A stretch of DNA of 64,000 nucleotides, from the NCBI GenBank assembly GCA_048213135.1, contig PS015489.1:1-64000 (forward strand). Direction: 5' to 3'. Each line of letters opens with the position of its first letter. Positions within the stretch are counted from its first letter, which is position 1. This DNA comes from Reclinomonas americana ATCC 50394 (Eukaryota). A program made the position numbers and the translations under genes. The notes beneath the pieces are model-generated. The model had not been told where the DNA came from. It searched no databases and saw nothing but the letters and a program-made list of their open reading frames with translations. Below, piece by piece: positions 25,557-38,800 of the stretch.

Positions 25557-28500
25557 TTATTCAAAGTGGAGCACAGCGACTTGCACGCCCGGAACCACCT
25601 CTATCATGTCTTCACCTGCTACTGCTACTCTACTGCGTGCGGAGGCACCGCTGATGCCAGCCCAAGCACACACCGGTCTTGTGAAGAACGGTGCAATGAA
25701 CCGCTGCTGGATTCGTTGCAGGCGCTCGAGTGATAACTTGCCAAGGTCGGTCCGCACATTGCGCACACTTTGCATGGACTTGCCGTGCAGCTGAGGTGCA
25801 CACAAAGGAGAGGTAAGAACAAAGAATGGGCCAGGGTGCGAACCAAGCTTTGCAAGCACGTACCTCCGGCCAGTGCAAGTTGCGCACCAAGTGCCGCCAG
25901 AAGCCGGTGGTGCCGAGGCCGGCGACCACTTTCTCCATCAGAGGTTTGATCGCTTGCTGTGGAGGCCAAAGGGGGGTGAGCAGAGAAGCAACGACAGCAG
26001 AATCAAGGCAGCAGCCGCAACATCGAACTCGGTCTGCGTATACGATCCGCGCACCAACACGTCACCGATGCATTCGTGCAGCGCCTTGGCCGTCTCCTGT
26101 TCTCACTCTCCGACATGAGTAGCTGATAGTGCGTAAAAGTGATGCGTTGCGTACCTCCAGGCGATCGGGAAACGCTGTGATGCTCGCCACAGCATAACTG
26201 TCGCCGCGCAACGCAAAGAACCGCTCGGCACAATTAACCGAGTAGCACAAACCCTTGTTCTCGCGCAGCTCCTTGAAGAGGCGATTGTTGAGGATCTCAA
26301 ACAACACTGCCGAGTAGCGCAAGAAGGCGCTCGGATCCAATCCCTCAACAGCACTGCCACTGCAGTGGTGAGATGCAAGCGATGTACTGTAACCTTCTTG
26401 TGACTGCAAACGCAACAGATTGCCATTGTCCGCGTGGGGCACATAGTGCGAGAAGCCGAATCGGTTCGGCAGTGCGTATCCTACCGATTGACGAGGTAAG
26501 CAAATCACGCACATCACAAGAGACTGCCTGTGGCTGCCGAGCAAACCGATGAGGATGTGAGCACGGTCTTCCTCCACGGTCGGCACGACAAGCCGGTACA
26601 GAGTGCCCACTGATGGATGCGTGAGAGAAAACAAGGCAAAGAGATAGAAAGTTGAAACAACAACAGCACGCACAAGGGACGTCACGCGGAAAGTTGATTG
26701 GTTTCAGTCGGGTTTCTGGAGTTGCCCACAACTCAGGAAGACGTGCAACGACGGTCGTGCGCGACGGCACATCTATCGGCGATGGCATCGGGTCAGAAAC
26801 AGAAAGAGGTAGGTGTGAGTGCACTTTGCAGGAAACAACACACCACTGCAGCTCCGCGCCACATGATCGACCAATTGTCGGAAGGCGTGCTCCATGTCCA
26901 CGGTGCCGAGGAACATGAGCAGATCGCGTTCCAACTCGGCCGGCTCAAAATCACCCACCACCACCACCTGTCACAGGGTGAGTTTGTGCACGAATGTTGG
27001 CCATCTCACTCCACAAAGCAAAAATCGTACCTCGATGCAACTGTTGTCGGCCATTCGGTAGAGTGCATGTGCCAGATCGATCAACGCCAAGCTCTCCGCT
27101 GCTAGTGGATGGCTCGCAGAATACAACCTGCACGGATCCCCCCATGTTATTAATCTCATCATCAACAGCAGTAGCAACAGGAGCTAAAATCAACGCACTT
27201 GGTGCTGCCGACAAGGTGGCGTCGGAAACGGTACCTGTGGAAACACGAATACCTCAGTGACTTAAATCAGTAGAGTGCAGAGGGCCTGTGTGTCACGCAC
27301 ATGAGGTTGCCGTGCAAGTCCTTTTCACGCTCCTCAAACTGTGTCCTGACATCCTGCGACGCAGCACACACACACAGTCTTTCGGTTGACTGCATTCAGA
27401 TGTGAGAGGGACTGGCCTATCGTCAAACCTTCTTGAAACGGGCCAGCGACGCAGCGTCCAGTCGAGGTCGTGTGAGGTACAAGTGCAGCAGCTCGAGCAC
27501 ACGAACGAGGCCACCGCCAGACAAACTGAAGCCCGCGGAGACAACCACATTCTCTGAATCCTGTACCATCATGCCTTGTCGTCATGCTGACAGTTGAACA
27601 AGAGGAAAATCGCACATTCGTACCTTCGAGGGCGTAATGTCGAGATCGTGGATCGAACAGAAGCGGTAGATGGCGTCGGCATCAAAGTCACCACATCCGG
27701 AATCGAAGAGAACAGTCAGCGCGGCCGCCAGGTCACCCATGTCCTCCGCAAGTCGAGCTGCGAAACGAGACAGTGAGCAGGCGACTCCCTAACCGCGGTG
27801 CAAACCTCCAGGAACATTGAGATCGACTGCCACGTGAGTAGCAACTTGTCAGCACATGCGCAGCGATTGCAGACTTCAACACTGATTTGGTACGCAACTG
27901 GAACACTGCATCGGCTCATAGTTGGCCTTCTTGTAGGTCACTGAGATGCCGTTGCTCATGCGCATTCTGTAGCAACACGAGGAAAAGTGAGACAAGAACG
28001 AAGAGACAATCAACGACTGCGCATCTCACCGTACAATGCCAGTCTCCGCATCCTCCAATCGCACTGCCGTGGCATCCTGTTGAATAACAAACAGTGTAAG
28101 CGCACAAGTCTTGCCGCACGGACGGGGGCAGACGAACCACGCCAGCAGCTTCCTCGCTAAACGCCGTGACGACTGGTACGTAATGCACTCCCTTCTCCTC
28201 GGCCAGGCGGCGCATGGCCTCCAGTTCGTACAGCTCGGTAACCACACTCACGTCCGCCGGCGATTCGACGCCAACCATGGCGGCGGCAATCACCTCGAGA
28301 ATGCGCTTCTTTTCCAGCTTGCATGGCGGACCACGTGGTCGGTCGCCTGCGGCACGCCTGCACACAGGCACGAGACGGTCAACAACAAACGACGACGCTG
28401 CATAGAAGTTGCTCGTGAGGCACACAGAACTTGAGGTAGGCCGCACGCTTCGAGACGAAATGTGCAGTGTCGTCGGCAAAGTGGCGGGCTGGATCCACCG

Positions 28501-31438
28501 CTGGCGACTCAGCCTCGTCGTCCCCTCGCCGCGCACTTCGTCGTCGTCGCAACATACCGCCACTCGCACGCTCTCCCACTCCGTCGTCCTCGTCCTCGTC
28601 TTCGTCTTCCTCTCTTCCGTCCTCATCATCGTCACCATCCTCACTGCCTTCGTCATCCTCCCCGTAGTGCTCCTCGTCGTCGTCGTCATCTCCTCCCTCT
28701 TCTCCCTCCCCGTCTTCGTCGCCACCCTCCCCACCGTCGACCTCCATGGCATCTTCAGGAGCTTTTTCACGCGAAACAAACGCATCGTGAGGCGCCACAT
28801 CAGAGAAAAAAGGAGTGGCCGCGAGGCAACGACGCACCATCCATGAGGTGCGTTGGTGCACACACAAACACACTGCCCTTCAGTCCGTCAATCGGGCCGT
28901 CTGCACACAACAGCCTCGTGTGAGCGCACCAAATGGAATGCAGTAGCAACAACACGCTTTTCATCACGAACCCGGTTGTCGAGTGCGCGCCTCACAGTAG
29001 TCAACAATGAAGCCGAGTACCTCTCGTGCACGGGCGTTGACGCGCTCGAGTGTAATTTGCGACGCCAGCTCCTCGGTCAGGCGGTGCTCGTCACGCCGAT
29101 CCATCCACGTGCAACCTGTATCGATGGACACAATGAATATCAAGGAACCACACTGTGCCACTTGCGCGTCTCCGACGCAACGGGCGTTGACAAAGTCAAT
29201 CAGATCCTCGATCACGTCTTCACTCTGTACACAGCATCAGTTCATGAAAAGTGAAAAGCATGGCACACAAGAGACGCACCGGCGACGACTCAAACGTCTC
29301 TGCTCCGCGGCTGCTCATCTTGATGTACGACGCCAGCGCCAGTTCCAGCTCGCCTTCTGTCACACCGAATTCGTGCATCCTGCGCAGCACTTGCAAGATC
29401 AGATTGCTGCAATGAGATGTCAAGCAGAGCACAAGATCGCCCACCGAAAGATCTCTCGAATGACGTGCGTGAGCGCCTCCTACACAGTGAATGAGTGCTG
29501 GGATTGTGCCTGACGCACCAGCACTGCGACCTTACCTCCCAGTCGTCCAAGCGTGACACCACCAGGCAGGAGTTGAGCGAACAGTTTTCGCGGAAAGAGT
29601 TGTAAAACTGCGACGAGTCAGCCTCACGAATGGCATGCGCAGAAGTCTGCGCACAGCATCTCACGCACCTCCCAGTCAATGGTGGTGAACGGCACATCTT
29701 GAAAGGAGCGCTGCAGGGTTTCAATTCGATTCTCCAGTGTGATACCTGCACGCGTGTGATAAGCCACGGGCGAGGTGGGAAGGCATGCGGCCGGCGAAAC
29801 ACACACCAATCATGCAGTCGCAAATGTCATTGATGAGCGTGCCGACAGTGTCAGTGATCATGGTCGGCAACTTCAGCGTCACCGACATGACAAACTGGGC
29901 CAGTTGATTCTGCAAGCGGGGAGGCAACGTTGGCGCAGGCCAGCCAGCAGTGTTGGATTGCGTCAAAGAACGCAACGTCTTGGTGAATGACAAAGTCGTC
30001 GGGCGGTGCGTCCACATACACGTGCTCGATCACGGGCGGCAAGGCCACACATGCACTACGTGAAATGTCGGGCTCCTGCCCAAACACCTCCTCAATGGCG
30101 GCGACGGCCACTGCCGTATCAATGTCTCCCACAATATAGATGGTGGCCACTTGCGGGCAGTACCATTTCTCTGTGCGACGTGGTTAGAGTGAGAGACGAG
30201 AGGGAAAGCAACAAGAGGGCACATGCAGTGATGCACCGTAGAAGCGACGCAATGCAGCCCTGTGGAGAGAAGACATGAGTGAGTTGTGAGGCTCATCATT
30301 CACTCCAGCAATGGCGCACAACGAACCAGTCCCACGTTTGAATGCACTCCTCCAACCCGATGGGGCTCCGATGCGGCAGGCAGTTCTCGTGATGAATCTG
30401 CAGAAACGTGAGCTCCTCGACCCTACAAAACACAGCGACTCGTCAGCACCACGTAGCAAGACGTGCGCATGCATTCTTCATCGGTGACGAACTTGGTCTC
30501 TGGTGTGTTGCGCATCTGCAGCTCTGATAGGACGGCCTTGCGCTGCGCCAACAGTCACTCGTCAGCCCCAGTTAAACACACACAGGAGAACACGACCGAC
30601 TCCTCGTTCGGACCTCAGTCTGCAACGCCTGCTCGCCGGAGAGTGTCGCTCGGAAGCAGATCTGGTGCAGCAGCTCACACACATGGCGCAGACTCGGCAC
30701 TCGCGTCTCCGAATCGCCACCCACAGCCATCAACGACGGTGCTTGGAACGTGTACACAGTCTGCGCACAGAACATGAGCAAGCTGCGTCCACATGTACAC
30801 ATGGCGAGTCTCGAATTGGGTAAACCTTGCGGTAGTCCGTGTATGCATTCGAGTCGCCACCAAACGACATGCTGCACCGAGACTCAGCAGCAGTGCACAG
30901 AAGCAGCAGAGAGAGAGCGCGCACTCACCCGAGCTCGACAATCGCCTGTTGCACGGCCTCGGCAGTCGGGTACTTCTCCGTGCCTACTCACCACCACCAG
31001 TGAGACGCACAATCACAACTCACACACACTTGTACGAACCAAGGAACACACAGTGCTCCAGCATGCTGCAACACACACCATCGCAGGTGAGCAGACTGCG
31101 CGCAGTGAGACACAGACAAGAGAGAGAGAGAGAAAGCGCAACTGCGCAATGCCTCGCTCGCTTTCCTCCTCGTTCACCGAGCCAACAAGCATCTATACAC
31201 ACAGAGTAAGAAAGTGCGCACATAGACACACACACAGACAACAGAGAGAGACCTCCAAGTGTGCCTCATAGCGACCAGGAGGCTGTGCATTCGGAAGCAC
31301 CACGTACTGCAGTCCATTCGCCAGCGTGCCTCGCACCCTGCACACACACACAAAGATAAGAAAGTGCGCGTGTGTGAGTGTGAGAGTGAGAGTGAGAAGA
31401 CGCAACAAGCTGGGGTCCACTGGCAACGCGTTGTCCAT
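25557..31438 (-). CDS. M16 zinc metallopeptidase, stromal processing peptidase (SPP)-like
   Basis: RGTLANGLQYVVLPNAQPPGRYEAHLE...GSVNEEESERGIAH|MLEHCVFLGS (HXXEH), SNAYTDY, ATIYIVGDID, EILNNRLFKELRENKGLCYSV and terminal AWAGISG follow the motif order of plant/algal SPP. Confidence 0.85.
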
Positions 31439-31519
31439 TGCAACAGAAGATGACTTGTCCTTGCGTTGTCCTTCACACACACACACGCACTGCTGCTTTT
31501 CTGAGTGTGAGCACAGAGG
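31439..31519. promoter_or_regulatory. Putative bidirectional promoter (81 nt) between the SPP-like gene and SART3
   Basis: Divergent ATGs at 31438 (-) and 31520 (+). Confidence 0.45.
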
Positions 31520-31869
31520 ATGGAGGTCGATGAGGCATCTGCAGGTGTGTGTGTGCGCGTCTCTCACTGTTGCGCCTTGTGCAAGAAAGACAGAGTGCAT
31601 GTTGCTCGTCAAAGTCACTTTGGACTTCAACTCGCGACTGCGCTTTTGCCACTCTGTGTGCAGTCTCTCTTGTTGTCTCTCTCTGTGCAAGTGCATGTGT
31701 GTGTGTGAGTGTGTGCGTGTTGACATGTCGCACTCACAGAGTTGATTGAGGACTTGTCTTCCGAGGAGGAGGAGGATGAGGAGGAGGAGCAAGGCGACGA
31801 CAAGGAGAGTATGGATAGTGATGAGGTGTGTTGCAACACTGCGTGCATGTGCTTGTCTTTGTTGTAGCT

Positions 31870-31921
<52 letters not shown>

Positions 31922-32162
31922 GCAGGAGGCGGAGGCCAAGGTGGCGGAGATCCTGGAGAGTACGCGGCAGGCAGTGGAGGAGAATCCGTTGGATTACTCG
32001 GCGCAGGCGCGATATGTTGCGTGGAAGACAAGGGNNNNNNNNNNNNNNNNNNNNNNNNNNNNNNNNNNNNNNNNNNNNNNNNNNNNNNNNNNNNNNNNNN
32101 NNNNNNNNNNNNNNNNNNNNNNNNNNNNNNNNNNNNNNNNNNNNNNNNNNNNNNNNNNNNNN

Positions 32163-32246
<84 letters not shown>

Positions 32247-35200
32247 AAAGAGAGAGAGAGGCTGATGAATGCTGCCCTTGCGTTGTTGGTGCATTTCAAT
32301 CTTTGAGACAAGTGCACCTTGCCTGACCTTGCTTGGAATGCGGTTGTGCAGGTGGAGTGTCTGCGACTGGCGGGGCACGCAGAGGCGGCTCATGAGGCGC
32401 GACAAAAGTTCCACTTGTGGTTTCCGTTTGGCGAAGGTATGTGCATGCGGTGCTCTGTGCCTTCCGTCGTGCAACTGAGCGGCGTCGCGCAGAGGTGTGG
32501 ATGGAGTGGATTGCTGACCAGCATGCACTGTTCGAGCACAATGGTGGTGATGCGGAGGCAGAGCAGCTGTTGAAGCTGCATGAAAAGTCGGTGCATGACT
32601 TTCACAGTGTGCCTCTGTGGCTGGCGTACGCCAAGGTGGCACAGCTGGTGCAGTCGCGCGATGAGGCGCGTGTGGTGTTTGAGCAGGCGCTGAACATTGG
32701 TCGGCATGACTTTGCACGAGCGGTCGATGCGTGGCGCGCCATGGTGGACTACGAACTCAGGTGCGTGAACATGGTGGTGGTGGTGGTGATGATGGCGTGT
32801 GGGCCACCGTATTCAATTTTCGTGGCCTGCAGTACCGAGGCAGACGACGCTGAAGAGCGCGTTCGCTTCCTGTATCGTGAGGCACTGACGACCCCCATGC
32901 GCGATCACGCGGCACTGCTTGCCGAGTATCTCGGGTGGGAAAAGGACGAGGAAGCCAAGGAAGACTTTACGGAGGACGACGATGTGCGCCGGGCTGCTGA
33001 GGGCAGCGAGGCGCGCGAGAAGCACGAGGCCAAGATCGCCGAATCCAGTTGCGTTTCAGTTGTCTCCATCATTATTTGTCGAGCATGTGCTCAAGCCGTT
33101 GGCGGAAGCAGCTCCGGATCGTGTGATGAGCGAGTGGCGAGCGTATGCACAGTATGAGAAGAAAAAGGGCGAGATGGAGCGCTTCCGCTGTGTGATTGAG
33201 CGGGCGCTGGCGGAGCATGCGGACAATCCCGATTTCTGGGTGTACTATCTGGACGCGGTGGCGGTGTGTGTAGCACTGCTCATGCGAGTTTGAGTGGTAT
33301 GTGCCTCGCCTCATGTTGTGTCTGCTGCAGGAGAATGGATGGTCGCCGTACTACACACAGAGCCAGACAGACGACTCGTCGGTGTTTCGTCGTGCTGCGC
33401 GCACGTGCCCCGGCAGTGCGGCCATCTGGACCTACTACGCCTTCTTTATGGAGAGTCACGGTGCCGACGCGGCAACCATGAAAGGTGTGAAACTCGGAAG
33501 AATGCTGTTTCCTCCCTGTGTCGAGTCTCATCGCTGAAAGTGATCGCAAGGTGTGTGGGACACGGCGCTGCGATCTGCGTCGCGCGACAGCGGTGTGATG
33601 GGAGTGGAGCTGGCAATGGCACGGTGCGACTTTGCTTTGCGTCAGTTCCGCTGGCACATGCAGGATGCGGCGCTGGTGCGTTTGTATGAGCATGCCGTGT
33701 GTCGATTGTTTGTTGACGCTTGTGCTGCTGTTGTTGCAGGCCGAGCAACACAAGAACGCAGTTCGTGAGGCATTTGACGAGGCTGACCAGTTTACCGATT
33801 CTCGTTGCGTGGCATGAGGGAGTTGAAAAGAGTGTATACACCGTCTTACGCTTGTGCGAAACAGTGTCCACTGGCGACCCGACGTGCCGAGTGCTGCGGT
33901 TCGCCGCTCGCGTGGAGACATACTTTTTCCAGGACATGGAGCGCGCCACATCCATTGTTGAGCGCGTACTGCAGCGCAGCAACCAGAATGTGGAGGCCTG
34001 GCTGCAGCTGTTTGAGATACATCGGTTTGTCGCGTGGTTTGCTGTGGGGTGAAGTGCGAGGTGCTCACGCGTTTCGGGCGTGCATGCAGTGGTGCGAATC
34101 GGCTAGCAGATGCACGGTCCACATTGCAGAAAGCTCTGTATAGCATCAAACACGACGAGCACGCCGATCGCATCGCCGAAGCGTGGCTGCAGTTTGAGCG
34201 CGAATTTGCTACTGGTGCGTGCGAAGCAACGAGAACACGGGCTTCTTTTCTTGAGGGCGTTGGTCTGAATGGTTTCGCCTTGGCACACAGATTTCGATGT
34301 GGTCCCCGAAGGACATCAGTTTGCCTCACTCGCGCACGTGTTTGATGCGTGGCGGTCGAATCGGGCGCGCATCGACAAGATCAACCGCGCCGCCGAGGCC
34401 GCCCGCAAGGCACGTGAGCAGCGACAGCAGCAGAAGCAGAGTGCCGTCGCAGCACCAGAGAAGAAGAGCAGGAAGAAGGAGAAGCCGGCCGAGTCGGCGG
34501 CGGCGGCTGGTGACGATGCCGAGGGAGCGAAGAAGCGCAAGAAGGGCAAGCGTGCTCACGACCAAGTGGACAAGGTGGAGGAGGCGGAGGGGAATGCTGA
34601 GGAAGGTGCTGGAGGTGAGGCAGCTGAGGTTGTTGCTCCCGAGGCCGACGAGGAGAGCGAGAAGGTGGCAAGTCCTGCGCACAAGCGTCGCAAGACGGAG
34701 AGTGCACCGGAGGCCCCCATGGCTCCACCGCCACCACGCGCGCCGGCCAATGGCGGCGCGAGGAATGCACCTGCGGCAAGTGAGCCGATGGATGTCTCGT
34801 CGGATGCAGACGCCGGCGACAGGAGAAACAAGAGAGGAAAGAAGAAGAGCGAGCCGGAGGCGGATCCGCGTGCCGCCGAGAAGGGTTACAACCCGGAGAC
34901 GCAGTTTCGTTCCCGTGTCGCCATCCTTCTTGTCTTTGCTCCGTGCTCACGGTTTGGAGTTAGTGTCGAGGAGCTGGTGGCGTTTGTGTACAATTTGCAT
35001 TTCCACGCCACGGAGGTCATTATCAAGGAGCACTTTACAAAGGTGTGTGATCGCTGAAAGGGCGGCTGGATTGTTTCCGAGATTGCTTACGAAAGTTTGT
35101 TGTGTCGCGCAGCTCGGGTGCCGAGTCAAGGAGGTCCGTTTGATGCGCAATCACTACGGCAAGTCGCGCGGTCACGCGTATGTGGAGATGGAGGACAGAG

Positions 35201-35710
35201 TTGTGTTCTCACCCCTGCAGTGCCCGTGCTCATTTATGTTTTGTGCGGCTGGCTCACCTCTTGTCGACAATGTGTGCAGGAGAGTGTGCAACGCGCCATC
35301 GCCACCGACGAGAAGGAGTCGCTGTTGAATCGCCCGCTGCGTGTCGACGTGTCGAGGACAGATGTGCGAGGAAAGCACAAGGATGAGAACAGTGAGCAGG
35401 CGGGGGCAGCGGCCGCAGGAGGCGCATCTGGCCGTGGCGATGCACCGTTCACCGTCAAGTTTCGTGTGTGCCTGAGTCAGATACCGACAATGTTTGTCTC
35501 ACACTAGCGTGCAGACATGGCCGTGGCGGTCATCTGGTGCCTCGTGCCGCGCGACTCGCACCCGTCATCCTGCCGAAGCGTGCACGCGTGGATGCCAGCA
35601 ACACCGAGAGTGGCAGTGGCACAAGTGACGCACCGACTGCCAGTGCCGGAGAAACGGTCGACAGCAAGCCGCGCTCCAACGCCGAGTTTGCAAGCTTCTT
35701 GAAAAAGTGA
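31520..35710 (+). CDS. SART3: SART3/Prp24 U4/U6 recycling factor (HAT repeats, RRM, C-terminal LSm-interaction motif)
   Basis: Acidic N-terminus; HAT repeats (VWMEWIADQ, VPLWLAY, FRCVIERAL, FRRAARTCPGSAAIW, IAEAWLQFERE); RRM (AFVYNL...KSRGHAYVEM); C-terminal KPRSNAEFASFLKK*. One intron spans gap 32035-32162. Confidence 0.92.
31872..31921 (+). repeat. (GT)n microsatellite in SART3 intron 2
   Basis: Perfect dinucleotide run just upstream of the acceptor. Confidence 0.95.
32163..32242 (+). repeat. (AC)n microsatellite at a gap edge in a SART3 intron
   Basis: Perfect dinucleotide run. Confidence 0.95.
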
Positions 35711-35860
35711 ATGAGCTGCATGCAACGAACGCGAGTCAAAAAGGAAGAGTTGCTCGTTTTAAAATGAGTCCGCACAACGGAGGTGCGAGCAAAAGAAAGT
35801 GAGGGGGGATACTAGAAGTAATAAAAATCGTCGAGAGATTACGGGAGGGCGATGCAGAGC

Positions 35861-38800
35861 TCAGACACCATAAAGTCGACCGGATCGGTCGCGACGCTCG
35901 CGAATCTTCAGCTGCTTCTCGAGAATGGCGGCCATCTCCTCATGCATCCGCCGTTTCACTAGCGCGCGCTGACGACGTTCCTCATCCACACTGCACAGAG
36001 GGGAGTGAGGTGAGTCGGTAGGTAGAGCAGGCGTCTTGGCGCACCAGTCACTCAACTCGGATTGAACATTGCCGACAATCGAGGCTGCGTCGTTGCGCTG
36101 CGACTGCTCTTGCTCCCGCTGCAGGCGTTTCTTGGCCTCGGCCATTTCCTTGAGCTCCCGCTGCATGGTGGTGGGAGCGTGAGCACGCACACATCATGAC
36201 AACTGCACCTGCACGCCATACCTGAACCTCCAGACCCTTCAGTCGACGCTCCTCCCTCTGGGTTCGCGACAGCTTGACCATCGCAGCCGTCTCGTCGGCC
36301 AGCTAAAGCGAAGAGAGTCAGCCATTGAGGGCTATGCTTGGTATGCAGAGAGGTAAAAAACAAACCTGCTGGCCCAGTCGCCGCTCCTCCTCTCGAAGCA
36401 CACGCTCGCGGTGCTCGTGCGCTGAAATCTGGTCCTCCAACTCGGACTGCAGCACAGACACGATTGGCATCAACAGCGACGAGCACGATCCGACGCAGAC
36501 ACACACCAAGTACCTTGTAACGACGCTGTATGTTCTTCTTGACAATCGAGTTGAGGGCTTCCGAGCGGAACCGGAACTCTTCTTCTGTGTTTCCGGCGAA
36601 TCGATCGTGCTGAGGTTTTGGTGGATGCAGGTGTGAGCTGGAAGAAGAAAACATGTGGAATTCAAGCGAGTGGCGCGCACCTGCTCTTGCTCCTTCTTCG
36701 CCTGTTGCTCAACGATTTGCGCCTCGAGAGCGTGAGCGTACTCGGTCGACCGTGCATGCAGACGGCGCTTGGTGGCCTGGTACTGAGCGCGGAGGTCTTC
36801 CGGTGGCTCTCGTCGGTGTCGTTCTGTCACCGCAAAGGCGACGAAAATGAGTGACAACCCACACAACTCAACACTCCTGACTGCGCGACTCACCGAGATC
36901 CTTCAGCGTGAGGTCCTCCAGGCCGCAGAACAACTCGCGGTACACGCTGACGTGTGTCGGATCAAGTGCCGAGGTCTGAATCACAACCAACCCATCTATT
37001 AGCTCGCTGTGTGCGATGACCGACAACGCGAAGAATGACGCAACATCCACTGGCGGCGGTGGTGAGCGGAACACTTCGTCAACAGTGAGCTTAACAATTG
37101 GCTCTGGCGAGGCCGCCCGATGCTGCTGGTGCGCCGGACCCGGTGACATGGTGCCTGTTCCGTTGAGGCGCGCCGACAAGGACAATGCTGCCGACGACGA
37201 CGACAACGACGCCGAGAATGCGGCGGGCGGTGGTGGCACAACAACCGTGGGTGCCGGTGAAAACTTGACCACACGCGACGGAGACACATGAGTTGGCGCG
37301 GGACTGGCAGTTGGGCGCCCTGCTGCCGGCACAGCTGGTGGCGCCGAGGATGGCAGAGGAGAGCCGCCAGTCAAGACCACGCTGTGCGATCGGAAGTTCT
37401 GTCGGCGAGTCTGCGGGTAGAACGTGGCGGCGGTGGACTCGGCCTCTGCGCGCTCGCGCTCGCGCTCGCTTCGTGAAATGGCCTGCAGCGACAGATACAT
37501 GAGGAAGAGAGCGGGGAAGGAGAGAAACACATGCACGCGGAGGCAACACAAGACCTCTTGCCGCTCTTTGCGTTCCTTGTACTCTGAAATGAAACGGAGA
37601 GTCTCCTCGCGGTTGCGATGACGCAGATTCCGTGCACGCTCCTGGCAAGAGGGGAAGGGTGAGGATGAGCCATTGCAAACGCACACGCATAAGCACACGA
37701 GTGTTGGGAGAACACACACCCGAATCTCCTCCTCCTTGAGCTCAAGCTCCTCGGCCAGAATGCGAGCCGCCTCCCGCTCTGTCTCGCGTTCGTGTTGCTC
37801 GCGCTCTCGACGTTCGGCCACCTGTCGACCATGAGTTAGCAATGACTGCCACGCTCTCGTAGGTTTAGTGGGCAAACCATTTGCTGGTTGACGTCGTGGT
37901 TGGCCATCGGGTCGTAGAACCGCTCGCGATCTGCAGTCACGCAAGCTAATGTTTAGAGCACATTTTCGTGCATACAACAAAAAAAATCATCATCCCGCGC
38001 ACGCAACAGGCACGGAAGTAGGCCTGCGCCTCGGCCTCTCGTTGTGCCAACCACTGCGCCTGCTCCTCAGTGGTCAACGGTGGTCGCCAGTCGCCGGCCT
38101 CCTCGTTGCGATCGCGGAAGCCACGGCTGGCGGACGGTGGCGGGGCGCGGAATGCTGCATCGTCAGCAGCACTACTAATGGGACCATTGTGGTGATGATC
38201 TTCGGCCGCCGCATCGGCGATTCCCTGCAGCGAGAACGCAATCTGCGCCTGCTTCTCCAGCAACTCGCGCGACGAGCGGTTGGCGCGATCGGCAAAGTGT
38301 CGTCGCTGAGTCGGGCCGCCATTCGGCTGATCACCAATGAGACCCTGCGGCAGCGGCCGAATACTGTCGACACCATCGCGGCCGTGCACACGCTGTGAGA
38401 GCAGTCGCTCCGGTGAGGCCAGCGTCTGGAACCGAGGACTGTGGTGGTGGTGGTGGTGGTGGCGGTGAGTGAGTGAGAGACATGGAAAAGAGTGGGATGA
38501 GAGGGCGCGCACATCTTGCTCTCCGAGTGCGGCCAATCGTAGCCGCCGTGCGCCTCGTCATCATCGTATGTGGGCGGTGCGGACGGTGGAGTGGCCGGTG
38601 GCTGCTGGTGCGGTTGCTGCTGCTGCTGCTGCTTTCCCGTCTTCCCCGTGTTGTCCGACACCCAGCGCAGAAGCGACAGGTCAGATTCGAGACCGCGCGC
38701 GCGCTGGTTTCCCGCGTGACCACGCCCGTGCTGCACACGCAAGGACATTAATGAGTGATGAGACCGGGGGGAAAGAGAATACAAAGAGTAACGCGGCTCA

